In this document: one piece after another, positions 38,757 through 50,889 of the stretch
Position numbering within the stretch: position 1 is the first letter of the stretch
Layout: each line of letters starts with the position of its first letter
Sequence record: MW879340.1
Reading direction: 5' to 3' (one strand)
Length of the DNA: 64,000 nucleotides
The notes under the pieces: generated by a model
Seen by the model: only the letters and a program-made list of their open reading frames with translations
The model's database searches: none
Told to the model about the DNA's origin: nothing
Program-made: the position numbers and the translations under genes

Positions 38757-40208
38757 ATGTCAGACATGTCGCTGTTTATGCACGGCATTGGGTTAGAAGC
38801 GTTCGACGACTCGGCTGATAAGGTTGTCCTCGAACAGGAAGTGGTCGACGTATCTGAGTTAGTGATCCTGGATAATGAAGCAGCTACCAACGAAGCCGCT
38901 GTGACCGAACAGTCTAAACGTGTTGCCGTTCTGACTGAAGCCCGTGTGTTTGGGGAATCCAAACGCAATGAACTTGATGAGAAAGTTGCCGTCGAGTTAC
39001 AGCGTCGTGTAATGGAAGTTGTTGGTGACAGTCGTGCCACACTGATCGTAGGGTCCGTTGAAAGCTATAACGGCTCTATCGGTGAGAGCATCCTTAACGC
39101 CAGTCTGGAATCCATTGGCGGGATGATTCAAACAGCCATCGCCACGTTGGTTCGTTTAATTCGTACCGGCATCAGTATCTTCATGCGCTTCATTACTTCC
39201 GCCCGTATCGTGTTGGCATCCACCAAAAGTAATCTGTCCAAACTGCGTGAGGCTATTAAGAAAAGCAAAAACTGGCGTACCGAATCCATCGGCATCACCG
39301 GTGATGATATCAGCAAGGTGAAAACGAAGTACGAAGGCAATGTCTTCGACACCACGCTGATCCAGACTGACATGACTGGCGGCAGCAGCGAAGTTCCGGT
39401 AACATTGTTACAGACACCGACTACGCTGAGCGCTCGTCATGCGATGAGTCTGTGCTTCGGTGAAAGTGGCGGTCTGCGTTTCCCACAGCCGTTTGTGCCG
39501 GCATTGAAAGCAACTGTTGGTGAATACGAGTCAATGGTTATTGGGTCTACTACGGGGATGCGTGATTACTTCCGTGCGGTGATGAGTCTGATTAAAGATT
39601 CTGCTGACATGAAAGATGATGACGAGCGGTTTAAAGCGAGTGACGCTTTGACGCTGGACAAGTTCCTGCCTATCTCCAAAATGACCATGTCGCGTGGCGG
39701 TAATGAATTCAGCGCAACCTTCGTCTCTAAACAGATGATGGGTAACGTTGAACTGTCACTCCATGCGCCGTTGGGTGTGGTGATGCAGGACTACAAACGT
39801 ACTGACACCATGCGTGTGGGTCACGGCATTGGTTCCATCGACCTTTCTTTGGCGACCAGTGATATTCACTCATCCAAAGCATCGATTCGTGGTATTGCTA
39901 TCAAACCACTTACCGAGCAGGAAGCTAACCAGGCGGCAGCACTCGTTGCCGGACTGCTTGATGAAGTTACAGGTTCTGATCTGAATGACAAAGCCCACTT
40001 GCTGGGTAAAGAATCTGATGAACTGGCGGCACGTGTATTACCACGCTTGTCAGATACCGGTAACATCAACAACTTCAAAGCATCCATGGTTCAGGCAATG
40101 TCCACGTTGTCGAGCCTCACCACCAACCTGCCGCGTAACTCTGTCGGATATGTAAACTCACTCAGCAATGCAGTGACTGCATACATCCGTATTAGCGCGG
40201 GCGTGTAA
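38757..40208 (+). CDS. internal head protein, paralogous family member 3
   Basis: GLEAF, SVESY, ASLESIG sites. Confidence 0.75.
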   Translation: MSDMSLFMHGIGLEAFDDSADKVVLEQEVVDVSELVILDNEAATNEAAVTEQSKRVAVLTEARVFGESKRNELDEKVAVELQRRVMEVVGDSRATLIVGSVESYNGSIGESILNASLESIGGMIQTAIATLVRLIRTGISIFMRFITSARIVLASTKSNLSKLREAIKKSKNWRTESIGITGDDISKVKTKYEGNVFDTTLIQTDMTGGSSEVPVTLLQTPTTLSARHAMSLCFGESGGLRFPQPFVPALKATVGEYESMVIGSTTGMRDYFRAVMSLIKDSADMKDDDERFKASDALTLDKFLPISKMTMSRGGNEFSATFVSKQMMGNVELSLHAPLGVVMQDYKRTDTMRVGHGIGSIDLSLATSDIHSSKASIRGIAIKPLTEQEANQAAALVAGLLDEVTGSDLNDKAHLLGKESDELAARVLPRLSDTGNINNFKASMVQAMSTLSSLTTNLPRNSVGYVNSLSNAVTAYIRISAGV

Positions 40209-40215
40209 ACTATGG

Positions 40216-40299
40216 TAGTGCGTCGTTAGTTAACCATTATATGTACCACCCGTGCGGTACACACGGGTTAATTGACGATGCATTATTTCATGAAATAAT
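40216..40299 (+). promoter_or_regulatory. structured leader: 20-bp RNA stem enclosing a TATG site, plus an 18-bp palindrome
   Basis: 40216-40235 pairs with 40266-40285 (4 GU); ATTATTTCATGAAATAAT at 40282-40299. Confidence 0.65.
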
Positions 40300-40313
40300 A
40301 CGGAGTACTAACA

Positions 40314-42083
40314 ATGAGTTTTTTCCTTGACAGCATTCTGGCTAACGCTGGTAACGAGGCGTTTGAAGACACCGCCCCGGTAGATCACGTAGCGCCAGTT
40401 GTTCCTGAGGTGCCGGTTGCACCCGTTGAGCCTGTAGAACCTGTGGTACCAGTCGAGCCGATCGTACCAGAAGTTCCAGTCATTCCTGAAGTACCCGTCG
40501 TACCGGAGGCACCAGTAGTGCCTGAAGTACCAGAAGTACCAGAAGTTCCGGTGGTACCGGAAGTTTCTGTGGTCCCAGAGACTCCTGAAGTTCCTGTAGA
40601 GCCGGCTGTCCCGGTTGTCCCAGAGGTTCCAGTTGTTCCGGAAGTCCCGGTCGAACCTGAGGTGCCAGTGGTGCCTGTTGAGCCAGAAGTTCCGGCAACC
40701 CCAGAGCCAGCTCCGGTTGATCCAATTGATGCTGCTGCTGTTAATGCTGCTGCGGTGCTGGTTGCTGAAGCTGAGGCCGACTACGCTGAAGCTGTGGGTG
40801 CTAACACCCTGGCAGTGCTGGATGGTGAGCTGGCTGCTAACGAGCGTACTGCTGAAGAAGCTAACGCTGCCGTTGCGCATATTCAGGAAGTGTCTGCGGG
40901 TATCGAACATTTCATGGAAATCGGTCACCTGTCAGCTAACACTGCAATGCTGCTGCAACAGTCCATCAACTCCGTCATGTCCCGCGTTGGTAAAGACGGC
41001 CGTGAGATCATGTCTGGCGGTCTGGAAACCTTCGGTGACGATCCTGACCAATGCCTGATTGTTCTTGGCGCTGGTCTGCTGGAACTGGAAGAAGAAGGTA
41101 AGACCAACAAAGGCCGTGTGATGAAAGCGCTGAAAGGTGCTCTCGCTACCATCGGTAAGTTTGTGTCAGAAGCGCTGAGCCAGTCTAAACGCCTGCGTAG
41201 CCGTGCTGCTGAACTTCAAACTGCGGTCTCCGGTAAGCCAGAGAAAGATGTTACCCTGTCTGCTGCGGCGCTGATGGTTAGTAAGAACTATTCTACTAAC
41301 CTGGTTGCTGACCTGACCAAGTTCAAAGACAAACTGATCAAAGCGTCTAACGAAGCGATCGGTACGCGTGCGAACTGGTACTTCAAAACTGCGCCTGGTA
41401 TCCTGGCTTCTATCAACAGCGCTGAAACTGCTGATGCTGCTGTCACCGCTGCGGCTAAGTTCCAACCACCTGCACTGAAAGGCGCATCCGTCTCCGTCGC
41501 TGACGGCGTGAAGCGTACTGAAGTGGTACTGGGTAACTACGCTATCTTCGAAATGTCCACAGCTGCTTCCGCACCGACTGACACTGCTTCTGCGGTTGAA
41601 TTCCTGCGTGCTGCTGCGAAGAGCCGTATCAGCATCCAGCGTGCTAAGACTCAGGCGCCTGAAGCTGAAACCATGTCCATGAATGAATCGACTGCGGCGA
41701 AAGTCATTACCGCATGTCTGTCCATCCTGGACGAAGCTGAAAATCTGAAAGGCGTGGTTGACTCCCTGGGCAAACAGTCTCTGGAACTCGACGCTAACGG
41801 TTCTAACAGCGATGACAAAGATGTTAAGAAGATTGCTGGCGCTGCTTCTGCACTGCCTGACGGTCTGGTTGATACCGTGTCTCAGCTGCCACGTACCGCG
41901 ACCCGTGCTGCGTTCGATGTTGTTGAAGCTGCGCTGGCTGTAGTTTCTTCTTTCGCTAAAGGTGCTAAAGCCGAGAAAGAAGAGAAGCCAGACAACAAAG
42001 ACGATAAAGGCGACGACAAAGGTGATACTAAACCACCTAAAGACGACAAGCAGCCGAAAGAAGGTGAAGGCGAAGACGAGTAA
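40314..42083 (+). CDS. internal head protein, paralogous family member 4, with a P/V/E repeat propeptide
   Basis: MSFFLDS..N.GNEAFE start resembles 35921; GGLE238 site; K/D-rich tail. Confidence 0.8.
   Translation: MSFFLDSILANAGNEAFEDTAPVDHVAPVVPEVPVAPVEPVEPVVPVEPIVPEVPVIPEVPVVPEAPVVPEVPEVPEVPVVPEVSVVPETPEVPVEPAVPVVPEVPVVPEVPVEPEVPVVPVEPEVPATPEPAPVDPIDAAAVNAAAVLVAEAEADYAEAVGANTLAVLDGELAANERTAEEANAAVAHIQEVSAGIEHFMEIGHLSANTAMLLQQSINSVMSRVGKDGREIMSGGLETFGDDPDQCLIVLGAGLLELEEEGKTNKGRVMKALKGALATIGKFVSEALSQSKRLRSRAAELQTAVSGKPEKDVTLSAAALMVSKNYSTNLVADLTKFKDKLIKASNEAIGTRANWYFKTAPGILASINSAETADAAVTAAAKFQPPALKGASVSVADGVKRTEVVLGNYAIFEMSTAASAPTDTASAVEFLRAAAKSRISIQRAKTQAPEAETMSMNESTAAKVITACLSILDEAENLKGVVDSLGKQSLELDANGSNSDDKDVKKIAGAASALPDGLVDTVSQLPRTATRAAFDVVEAALAVVSSFAKGAKAEKEEKPDNKDDKGDDKGDTKPPKDDKQPKEGEGEDE
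40386..40722 (+). repeat. imperfect (V)VPE(V)P tandem peptide repeat, about 110 codons
   Basis: Direct translation; synonymous positions differ between units. Confidence 0.9.
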
Positions 42084-42095
42084 CCTAAACTAACT

Positions 42096-42128
42096 GGGGG
42101 AGGGGTTTTCCCCTCCTCCTTTATTCCG
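42096..42128 (+). terminator. terminator with TTTATTCCG variant tail
   Basis: GGGGGAGGGG-TTTT-CCCCTCCTCC. Confidence 0.75.
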
Positions 42129-42144
42129 ACCTATAGGTGAAGCC

Positions 42145-44415
42145 ATGAGTGTAGGACTATCCCTTGGTGTTGATCATCAGCAGCTCGTTGACGAGTATTC
42201 GCCCAAAGCACTCGATGAGAGTCAGGCGTTAGACGACATCACTGAGCGTTTATCCGGAAACAGTGCAGAGCTGTCAGAAGGTAACGAAGCGCTGGTAATG
42301 ATCGCCGCTCACGCACCGGAAGCTATCCCAACCGACTTAGAGTTGGAAACTCTGTTACACCGTGTTCGTGAAACGGTCATGGAGTACATGGGCAAGAATG
42401 CCGGTGATACCACAATCAATATCGATGGCATGGATACGCCGTTGATTGACGTAGGTCTTGAAGACTACAAGCAAGTGTTGACAATTGTCAAAGATCGGGT
42501 GATAAAAGCCATCCGTTGGTTAGGTCGTCAGATCATCGGTGCCTACAAGCGCCTCAGTGACCGTCTGGGACGTTTATCCGTTCGCATGATGATGGTGGAA
42601 CGTAAGATCGATTCGTCCAGCGACAATGCGATCCCGACCGATGTAATCGCACTGCCGCCTTCAGCAGCAATGCTGTCACTGTTTGGGAAGAAGCCGGCTA
42701 ACGCATCAGAAGTGATGAACGCGGTGAATAAAGTGAAATGGTTGTTCACTACAGTGCACAATGACTTCACATTGTTCCAGAACACGTTTAAACGGGCCGT
42801 AGAGACCGGCAACCGCTCTGAGGTACTGGATATCATCAAAGACTTCCTGGGGCACCTCTCAAGTCGTCTGAACACGCGTGCTGATCCACAGCGAAATGGT
42901 CGCCAGGTCTTTAACCAGTTACCGAACAATTACATCGTGGAAATCTCCATTGGGGATTCCTTTACCGACTGCTGGGCAACCATCAACCGGACCGGTGTAC
43001 TTGACGTGGGTGGCGAAGAGTCTCGTCGTCCAGACCGCGCATCATTGTCTCGTTTGATTGGCGAGTTGCGTAACTTCCTGAAGATTGTGAACGAGCTGTA
43101 CGGTAAGGTAGGTAGTCGCTTGACCACGGACTTCCGTAACCTGACCCGTGACGCTGAACGCAGTCTGGACAGCAGCAATACGGATAACCGTACCGTTGAG
43201 GCATCCATTAACTGGTTTACCGAGCAGCAGAACCGTTTGTTCTACCGGACGATGGTGTTGGCCTGCGGCACCATGTCTGCGGCGTTAGACTACTGTGTAG
43301 TGGCGTTGCGTGCGGCAGGTACAGGTAACGAAGGTCTGGATGATGACGAAGCAGAATTCGGCGCGACAGGTCGTCTTGACCAGTTGGACCAAATCTTTGC
43401 TCAGCGTCAAACGTCTCTGGACAAAGCAGCTATCGGGCTGACGGTTATTGGTACGGCACTGGAAGCGTTTAAGGAAGGGAAGTACGATCCTGACTACAGC
43501 GTAAGGCAGCTGATGGAGACAGACCTTCAGGCGTTGCAATTGCCTGGTGAGGTGATGTCGTATAATCACTGGATGTGGACCAACAGCAATCTCGGTAATT
43601 ACCCTGCATCGTTGACGGGGATTCTGAAAACGGTTGACCGCGAGCTGGATGACTTCAGCAACAATCAGATGGAGGAGTTCAAAGCACTGCTGTGTGCACG
43701 AACTGTTTCTAACGATAAGGCCAAACGCGTTCTGACTCGTCACGGCTATTTAGGTGAGACGGGTTATGTTCAGTATTTACTTAACGATGGTGCGACTCCG
43801 ACGAGTAGCGCTGGTGTCGTGGAAGGGGCCAGTGCTGGGGTGCATAACCTTACTAAGCTACTTGCAGCTTTCCGGAAACGCACCGACGTGGTTGCCGAAG
43901 CTCTTCACGATTCTGATATCATTGTAAGCAAGCTGTTCTTGGCCATTGGGCCGGGTACAGAAGCTACAGTACCAGATCTCCAGTTAACTGGCGGGTTTGG
44001 CGTGAAACAGCTGTCTGCTTGCACCGGGTACGGCGATGTAACGGTAACGCGCGCTTACTTTGACAATGATGCAGTTTATCATTGCAACGTTCCGGCGTGT
44101 GATGCTGAAGCAAACGTTGAACTGCAAGAGCTGTTGGTGAAGTTGGTATCGCAGGATAAGTTGTTGGCCGATCATTGGTCAGCGATTAACCAGCTGGTCC
44201 AGCACACCCGTAGCGTGCAGAACATCCTGGCTGATTCCATGGCAACGTGTAATCAGGGTAAAGCGGACGAGTGGTTGGCTGACGGGATTCGTTATCTGTC
44301 GATGATGTTCCATGAAGTGCGCTGGCAAGTTCGTTTACTGCGTGACATCCTGATGTATCGTGAAGGCCTGATCCTGTCCATCTGCTTCTATCAGGGCACT
44401 ATGGGAGGTTGTTAA
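42145..44415 (+). CDS. large internal head protein, family-related
   Basis: GLEDY and GNEGL sites; two-domain appearance. Confidence 0.7.
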   Translation: MSVGLSLGVDHQQLVDEYSPKALDESQALDDITERLSGNSAELSEGNEALVMIAAHAPEAIPTDLELETLLHRVRETVMEYMGKNAGDTTINIDGMDTPLIDVGLEDYKQVLTIVKDRVIKAIRWLGRQIIGAYKRLSDRLGRLSVRMMMVERKIDSSSDNAIPTDVIALPPSAAMLSLFGKKPANASEVMNAVNKVKWLFTTVHNDFTLFQNTFKRAVETGNRSEVLDIIKDFLGHLSSRLNTRADPQRNGRQVFNQLPNNYIVEISIGDSFTDCWATINRTGVLDVGGEESRRPDRASLSRLIGELRNFLKIVNELYGKVGSRLTTDFRNLTRDAERSLDSSNTDNRTVEASINWFTEQQNRLFYRTMVLACGTMSAALDYCVVALRAAGTGNEGLDDDEAEFGATGRLDQLDQIFAQRQTSLDKAAIGLTVIGTALEAFKEGKYDPDYSVRQLMETDLQALQLPGEVMSYNHWMWTNSNLGNYPASLTGILKTVDRELDDFSNNQMEEFKALLCARTVSNDKAKRVLTRHGYLGETGYVQYLLNDGATPTSSAGVVEGASAGVHNLTKLLAAFRKRTDVVAEALHDSDIIVSKLFLAIGPGTEATVPDLQLTGGFGVKQLSACTGYGDVTVTRAYFDNDAVYHCNVPACDAEANVELQELLVKLVSQDKLLADHWSAINQLVQHTRSVQNILADSMATCNQGKADEWLADGIRYLSMMFHEVRWQVRLLRDILMYREGLILSICFYQGTMGGC

Positions 44416-44729
44416 TGAAACCGGCCAAGATACCGTACTTGTACGAGTACCCGTTGGACTTCACGCCGTATGCAAAAGACATGGCCGCGCAAGCTGTGGG
44501 GCAACCCCCTACTCAGGCGTTGGCTGATGCACTGGCTACGTTAACAGGTCATCCGTGGACACTGGAGTTCCAAAAGCCGTATACGTTGTACGGTGCAAAG
44601 ATCTTCTACCGTGGGCCAAATCTGGAAGAGTTCGCAACCAGCAATCGCTTCGCGTACTGTATCGGCGTCCAGCTCAGCACCTACTACTTTAGTAAGAAGC
44701 TGTACCTGGTGTTCAATATCTTAAAATAG
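44415..44729 (+). CDS. small putative virion protein
   Basis: GGAGG RBS; TAATG coupling at 44413-44417. Confidence 0.7.
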   Translation: MKPAKIPYLYEYPLDFTPYAKDMAAQAVGQPPTQALADALATLTGHPWTLEFQKPYTLYGAKIFYRGPNLEEFATSNRFAYCIGVQLSTYYFSKKLYLVFNILK

Positions 44730-44736
44730 CACCTGC

Positions 44737-44766
44737 ACCCCTCTTCGGAAACGGAGAGGGGTTTAT
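44737..44766 (+). terminator. terminator, GAAA loop
   Basis: ACCCCTCTTCG-GAAA-CGGAGAGGGGT. Confidence 0.7.
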
Positions 44767-44813
44767 ACCAAGACAATATGGCCCTGTAATAATAACTTTA
44801 ATCAGAGGCTCTT

Positions 44814-44975
44814 ATGTTAGAATTAGTTGCACTTGTCGGCACCAGCGTCGACGACCCATCCAGGAAGACCAAAGTATCCGGTGTTCTTATTCATCGCTTA
44901 TTGAAACGTAAAGGCAGTATCCAGACACGTGTTGCCAGCGTACTTGTTCAACGTTTAGTTAAAGTTAATCCGTGA
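44814..44975 (+). CDS. 53-aa protein absent from the ORF track (MLELVALVG...), with an internal duplication
   Basis: GAGG RBS, ATG 44814, TGA 44973-44975 overlapping the next gene's RBS. Confidence 0.7.
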   Translation: MLELVALVGTSVDDPSRKTKVSGVLIHRLLKRKGSIQTRVASVLVQRLVKVNP

Positions 44976-44982
44976 GGTCAAC

Positions 44983-46032
44983 ATGGCTGTAATTCACATG
45001 TTAAGTGGCGAGGGAATCGCTGAAGTCGGACTTGGGACGGGAACTGGATTAGGGTATTTGCGTAAGTACGGGCTAGGTTCTTTTCAGTATCGCGGGAGAG
45101 AGATAGACTGTTTCGTTACGACCGGTAGTGGGTTGAGTATTGGACAGCCTACCACATGGTACGATATTGGTCGTGCATTCAGAATGGACAACAGCTCCAC
45201 GGCAGCACGTTTACATTATTCGATTCCGACAACGGACCCCGTGTTTGATCTTGACCGTAACGGCACATGGTTCATTCACGTTAGCATGCAGGCGGGTGGC
45301 TACGGTCCGACTACGAACTACGTTAACATTCCGTATTTAGATGCTGACGGCGCCAGTCAGACGTTAACACTATCTGCCGCTTTTGCCAACAAAGGCATGG
45401 TCCCTATTGAAGTCATTGTTGACTGGGTGTCTATGGCAATCACCGTGTATAAAGCCGGTGAGCAAATGGCTTACGTCAACTTCACCATGATCACCGGTGC
45501 CATTGACGTGGGGTATTGCAGTCGTGTTGCAACCAACACCGGTGGCTGGTCTGTTATCAATAATCTGTACTTTGTTATCGATCATCCAGATGATCCTAAT
45601 CCAACCGGTCGTCTTGGCCCGTGTGTAGTGCAAGCAGAGCCTTTAGCCACTTACATTACCGACGGTAACTTCGACCCCATCGACCCAGCTGTTGCGTTGC
45701 CTATCCTGAACACCTTTAATCCGGCTACCGCGTTAACCGCAGAGTCAGTAGTAACGGACGGTAGTTCTAAGCAACTTACCGTGGGTGTGGATCCTGCCTC
45801 TGTAAACGACGCTATCGCCGCCTACGTGACTGTGCTGACGTTCAAGGATTCGTTCTCCATGGCGAACACGGTTGGTAAAGCCAACCTCCCTGGTGCTGAA
45901 GAGATAGTTGCTGAAACACCTTCAACCAGCATTAACGGTTCCATTTCATACGCTATCAATTCTAACGCCAATGGTGATCCTTTAACCAAAGCTGGCGACA
46001 TTCCAACTGTATCAATTTGGTCAAAACTGTAA
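44983..46032 (+). CDS. putative virion protein with a ConA/lectin-like beta domain
   Basis: GAGGT RBS; INNLYF..D...TGRLGP.VV pattern recalled from phage virion proteins. Confidence 0.6.
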   Translation: MAVIHMLSGEGIAEVGLGTGTGLGYLRKYGLGSFQYRGREIDCFVTTGSGLSIGQPTTWYDIGRAFRMDNSSTAARLHYSIPTTDPVFDLDRNGTWFIHVSMQAGGYGPTTNYVNIPYLDADGASQTLTLSAAFANKGMVPIEVIVDWVSMAITVYKAGEQMAYVNFTMITGAIDVGYCSRVATNTGGWSVINNLYFVIDHPDDPNPTGRLGPCVVQAEPLATYITDGNFDPIDPAVALPILNTFNPATALTAESVVTDGSSKQLTVGVDPASVNDAIAAYVTVLTFKDSFSMANTVGKANLPGAEEIVAETPSTSINGSISYAINSNANGDPLTKAGDIPTVSIWSKL

Positions 46033-46034
46033 CA

Positions 46035-46092
46035 TCGGCATAAGAGGAGTTTCCTCCCCGCAAGGGAAGGAAACCCTCTGTGCTTTATGCCG
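46035..46092. terminator. bidirectional terminator, GGCATAAAGCACAGAGG family (reverse orientation)
   Basis: Reverse complement shares an 18-nt identical arm with 29104-29121. Confidence 0.8.
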
Positions 46093-46094
46093 TC

Positions 46095-46769
46095 TTATTC
46101 AACAAAACCCAGTGGGAGTTCTGGCAGTGTGTCACCCGGAACGAGTTTCAGTACAGCGTCTTTGAATTCCCAGTACTTACGATAAGCTTCATCGATAGCC
46201 GCTAGCAATGCCAACAGTTGATCGACCAGCTCAGCTGGCGTAAACTGAATGAACGTATTTTCGTAGGTGCGGATTGACGTCGCATCAGTCACACCTGCTT
46301 CTTTACGGATCGAGGCTACCTGGAAGATACCAACCCAGTTAGAACGATCACGCGGCCCAGCCTGAAGATGGAAGTTAACAGTTTCACCTTCAACTTCTTT
46401 AGTGAACGGAATACCGATCTTCAGTTCGCTTTCCACAAGCTCGTCAGCTTCTTTCAGCAATGCAGTTTTATGTTCGTTGAATTTGATCGATGGATCCGTT
46501 TCAGTCACGGTCCAGGTCTGATACCATTCACCGTCTTCACGAAGTTCAGGCGCGCCCTGAGTGACGACATCGCCCGCAGGCGGAGTGGTAGCATTGACTA
46601 CCGCATAACCGTATTGCTCGAGCTCAGACACTTCCAGCGTATCGGAAGAGAAGATTGTCTGTTTGTTGTCAGCTTTCAGGTTACGGTAGTAGCGAGGATA
46701 CTCTTGGGTATCCAGTTTGATCAGCGGCGTTGAGCCATTAATCACGCGTACAGTTTGGGTATCGCTCAT
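46095..46769 (-). CDS. tail fibre assembly chaperone-like protein (DUF4376-like C-terminus)
   Basis: GAGG RBS before ATG 46769; directly downstream of the fibre gene; W.QTW.V and R..EN.....T..E pattern. Confidence 0.65.
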   Translation of the reverse strand: MSDTQTVRVINGSTPLIKLDTQEYPRYYRNLKADNKQTIFSSDTLEVSELEQYGYAVVNATTPPAGDVVTQGAPELREDGEWYQTWTVTETDPSIKFNEHKTALLKEADELVESELKIGIPFTKEVEGETVNFHLQAGPRDRSNWVGIFQVASIRKEAGVTDATSIRTYENTFIQFTPAELVDQLLALLAAIDEAYRKYWEFKDAVLKLVPGDTLPELPLGFVE

Positions 46770-46829
46770 AGCGTCCTCAATCACAAAAAGAAAAGGGTGT
46801 TGTAAGGGGGTGTTTCCACCCCCAGACAA

Positions 46830-50225
<3,396 letters not shown>

Positions 50226-50252
50226 TACAATACCTTATTAATGGAGTGGAGA

Positions 50253-50774
50253 TTAGGAGCCTTCGACGACTAAGTAGCGGCCGTCTTCGGTCATCAATGC
50301 AAAATCGTTTTCAGTCATAATGGCGCCAGCCGGGAGACCGATAATAGCTACGGTGACCTGACCCTGATATGCGCGAGAGTTATTCGTGACGATGGTGTAG
50401 ATAATGTTACCGTCCTGATCAACATCGTCTGGGTTAATCGGGTTGTTAAGAACTTCACTCGCATCGATGCCGAGACCGTAACGTTCGTTGAACGCTGCGA
50501 CGACATCAGAAACATCTTGCAAGCTAGGTACAGTGAGGATTACCTTGAAGCGGAACAGTGCGTCCAGATCAAGGCGGTTGAAATTGCCTAATACGCTGCC
50601 TACGTACCCGCCACCAGGTTTCGCCAAGATAGGAAGATTGGTATCTCCGTTAACTGGGTTAAGCACCTGATCAGGTCTGCCGAATCGTACTTGCGCCATG
50701 GTTAACGAGACATTATTGTCTTTGTTTAACTGGGCAAGAATGATCTGGTCCGAAGGCTGTTTCAGGATGGTCAT
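50253..50774 (-). CDS. putative virion structural protein (fibre-associated)
   Basis: GDTNL.I.A....YVGSV...FNRLDL pattern recalled from jumbo-phage virion proteins; upstream of the fibre gene. Confidence 0.65.
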   Translation of the reverse strand: MTILKQPSDQIILAQLNKDNNVSLTMAQVRFGRPDQVLNPVNGDTNLPILAKPGGGYVGSVLGNFNRLDLDALFRFKVILTVPSLQDVSDVVAAFNERYGLGIDASEVLNNPINPDDVDQDGNIIYTIVTNNSRAYQGQVTVAIIGLPAGAIMTENDFALMTEDGRYLVVEGS

Positions 50775-50889
50775 ACAAGGTCTCCCTAACGCCGGTTTCG
50801 ATGATCATAGTATATTTTCAACTTTACATATTCAGCCTATTAAGGTAGTTACGAAATCGTATAGCTTTCCACCTAACTTGGGGTTCAGT

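Noticed and set aside
40308-40928. 206-aa minus-strand ORF with W/N/R/H repeats
   Set aside because: Antisense translation of the P/V/E repeat.
45651-45660. TACATTAC inside 44983..46032
   Set aside because: Mid-gene, and lacks the preceding C and the upstream WWTTSA hexamer; likely chance.
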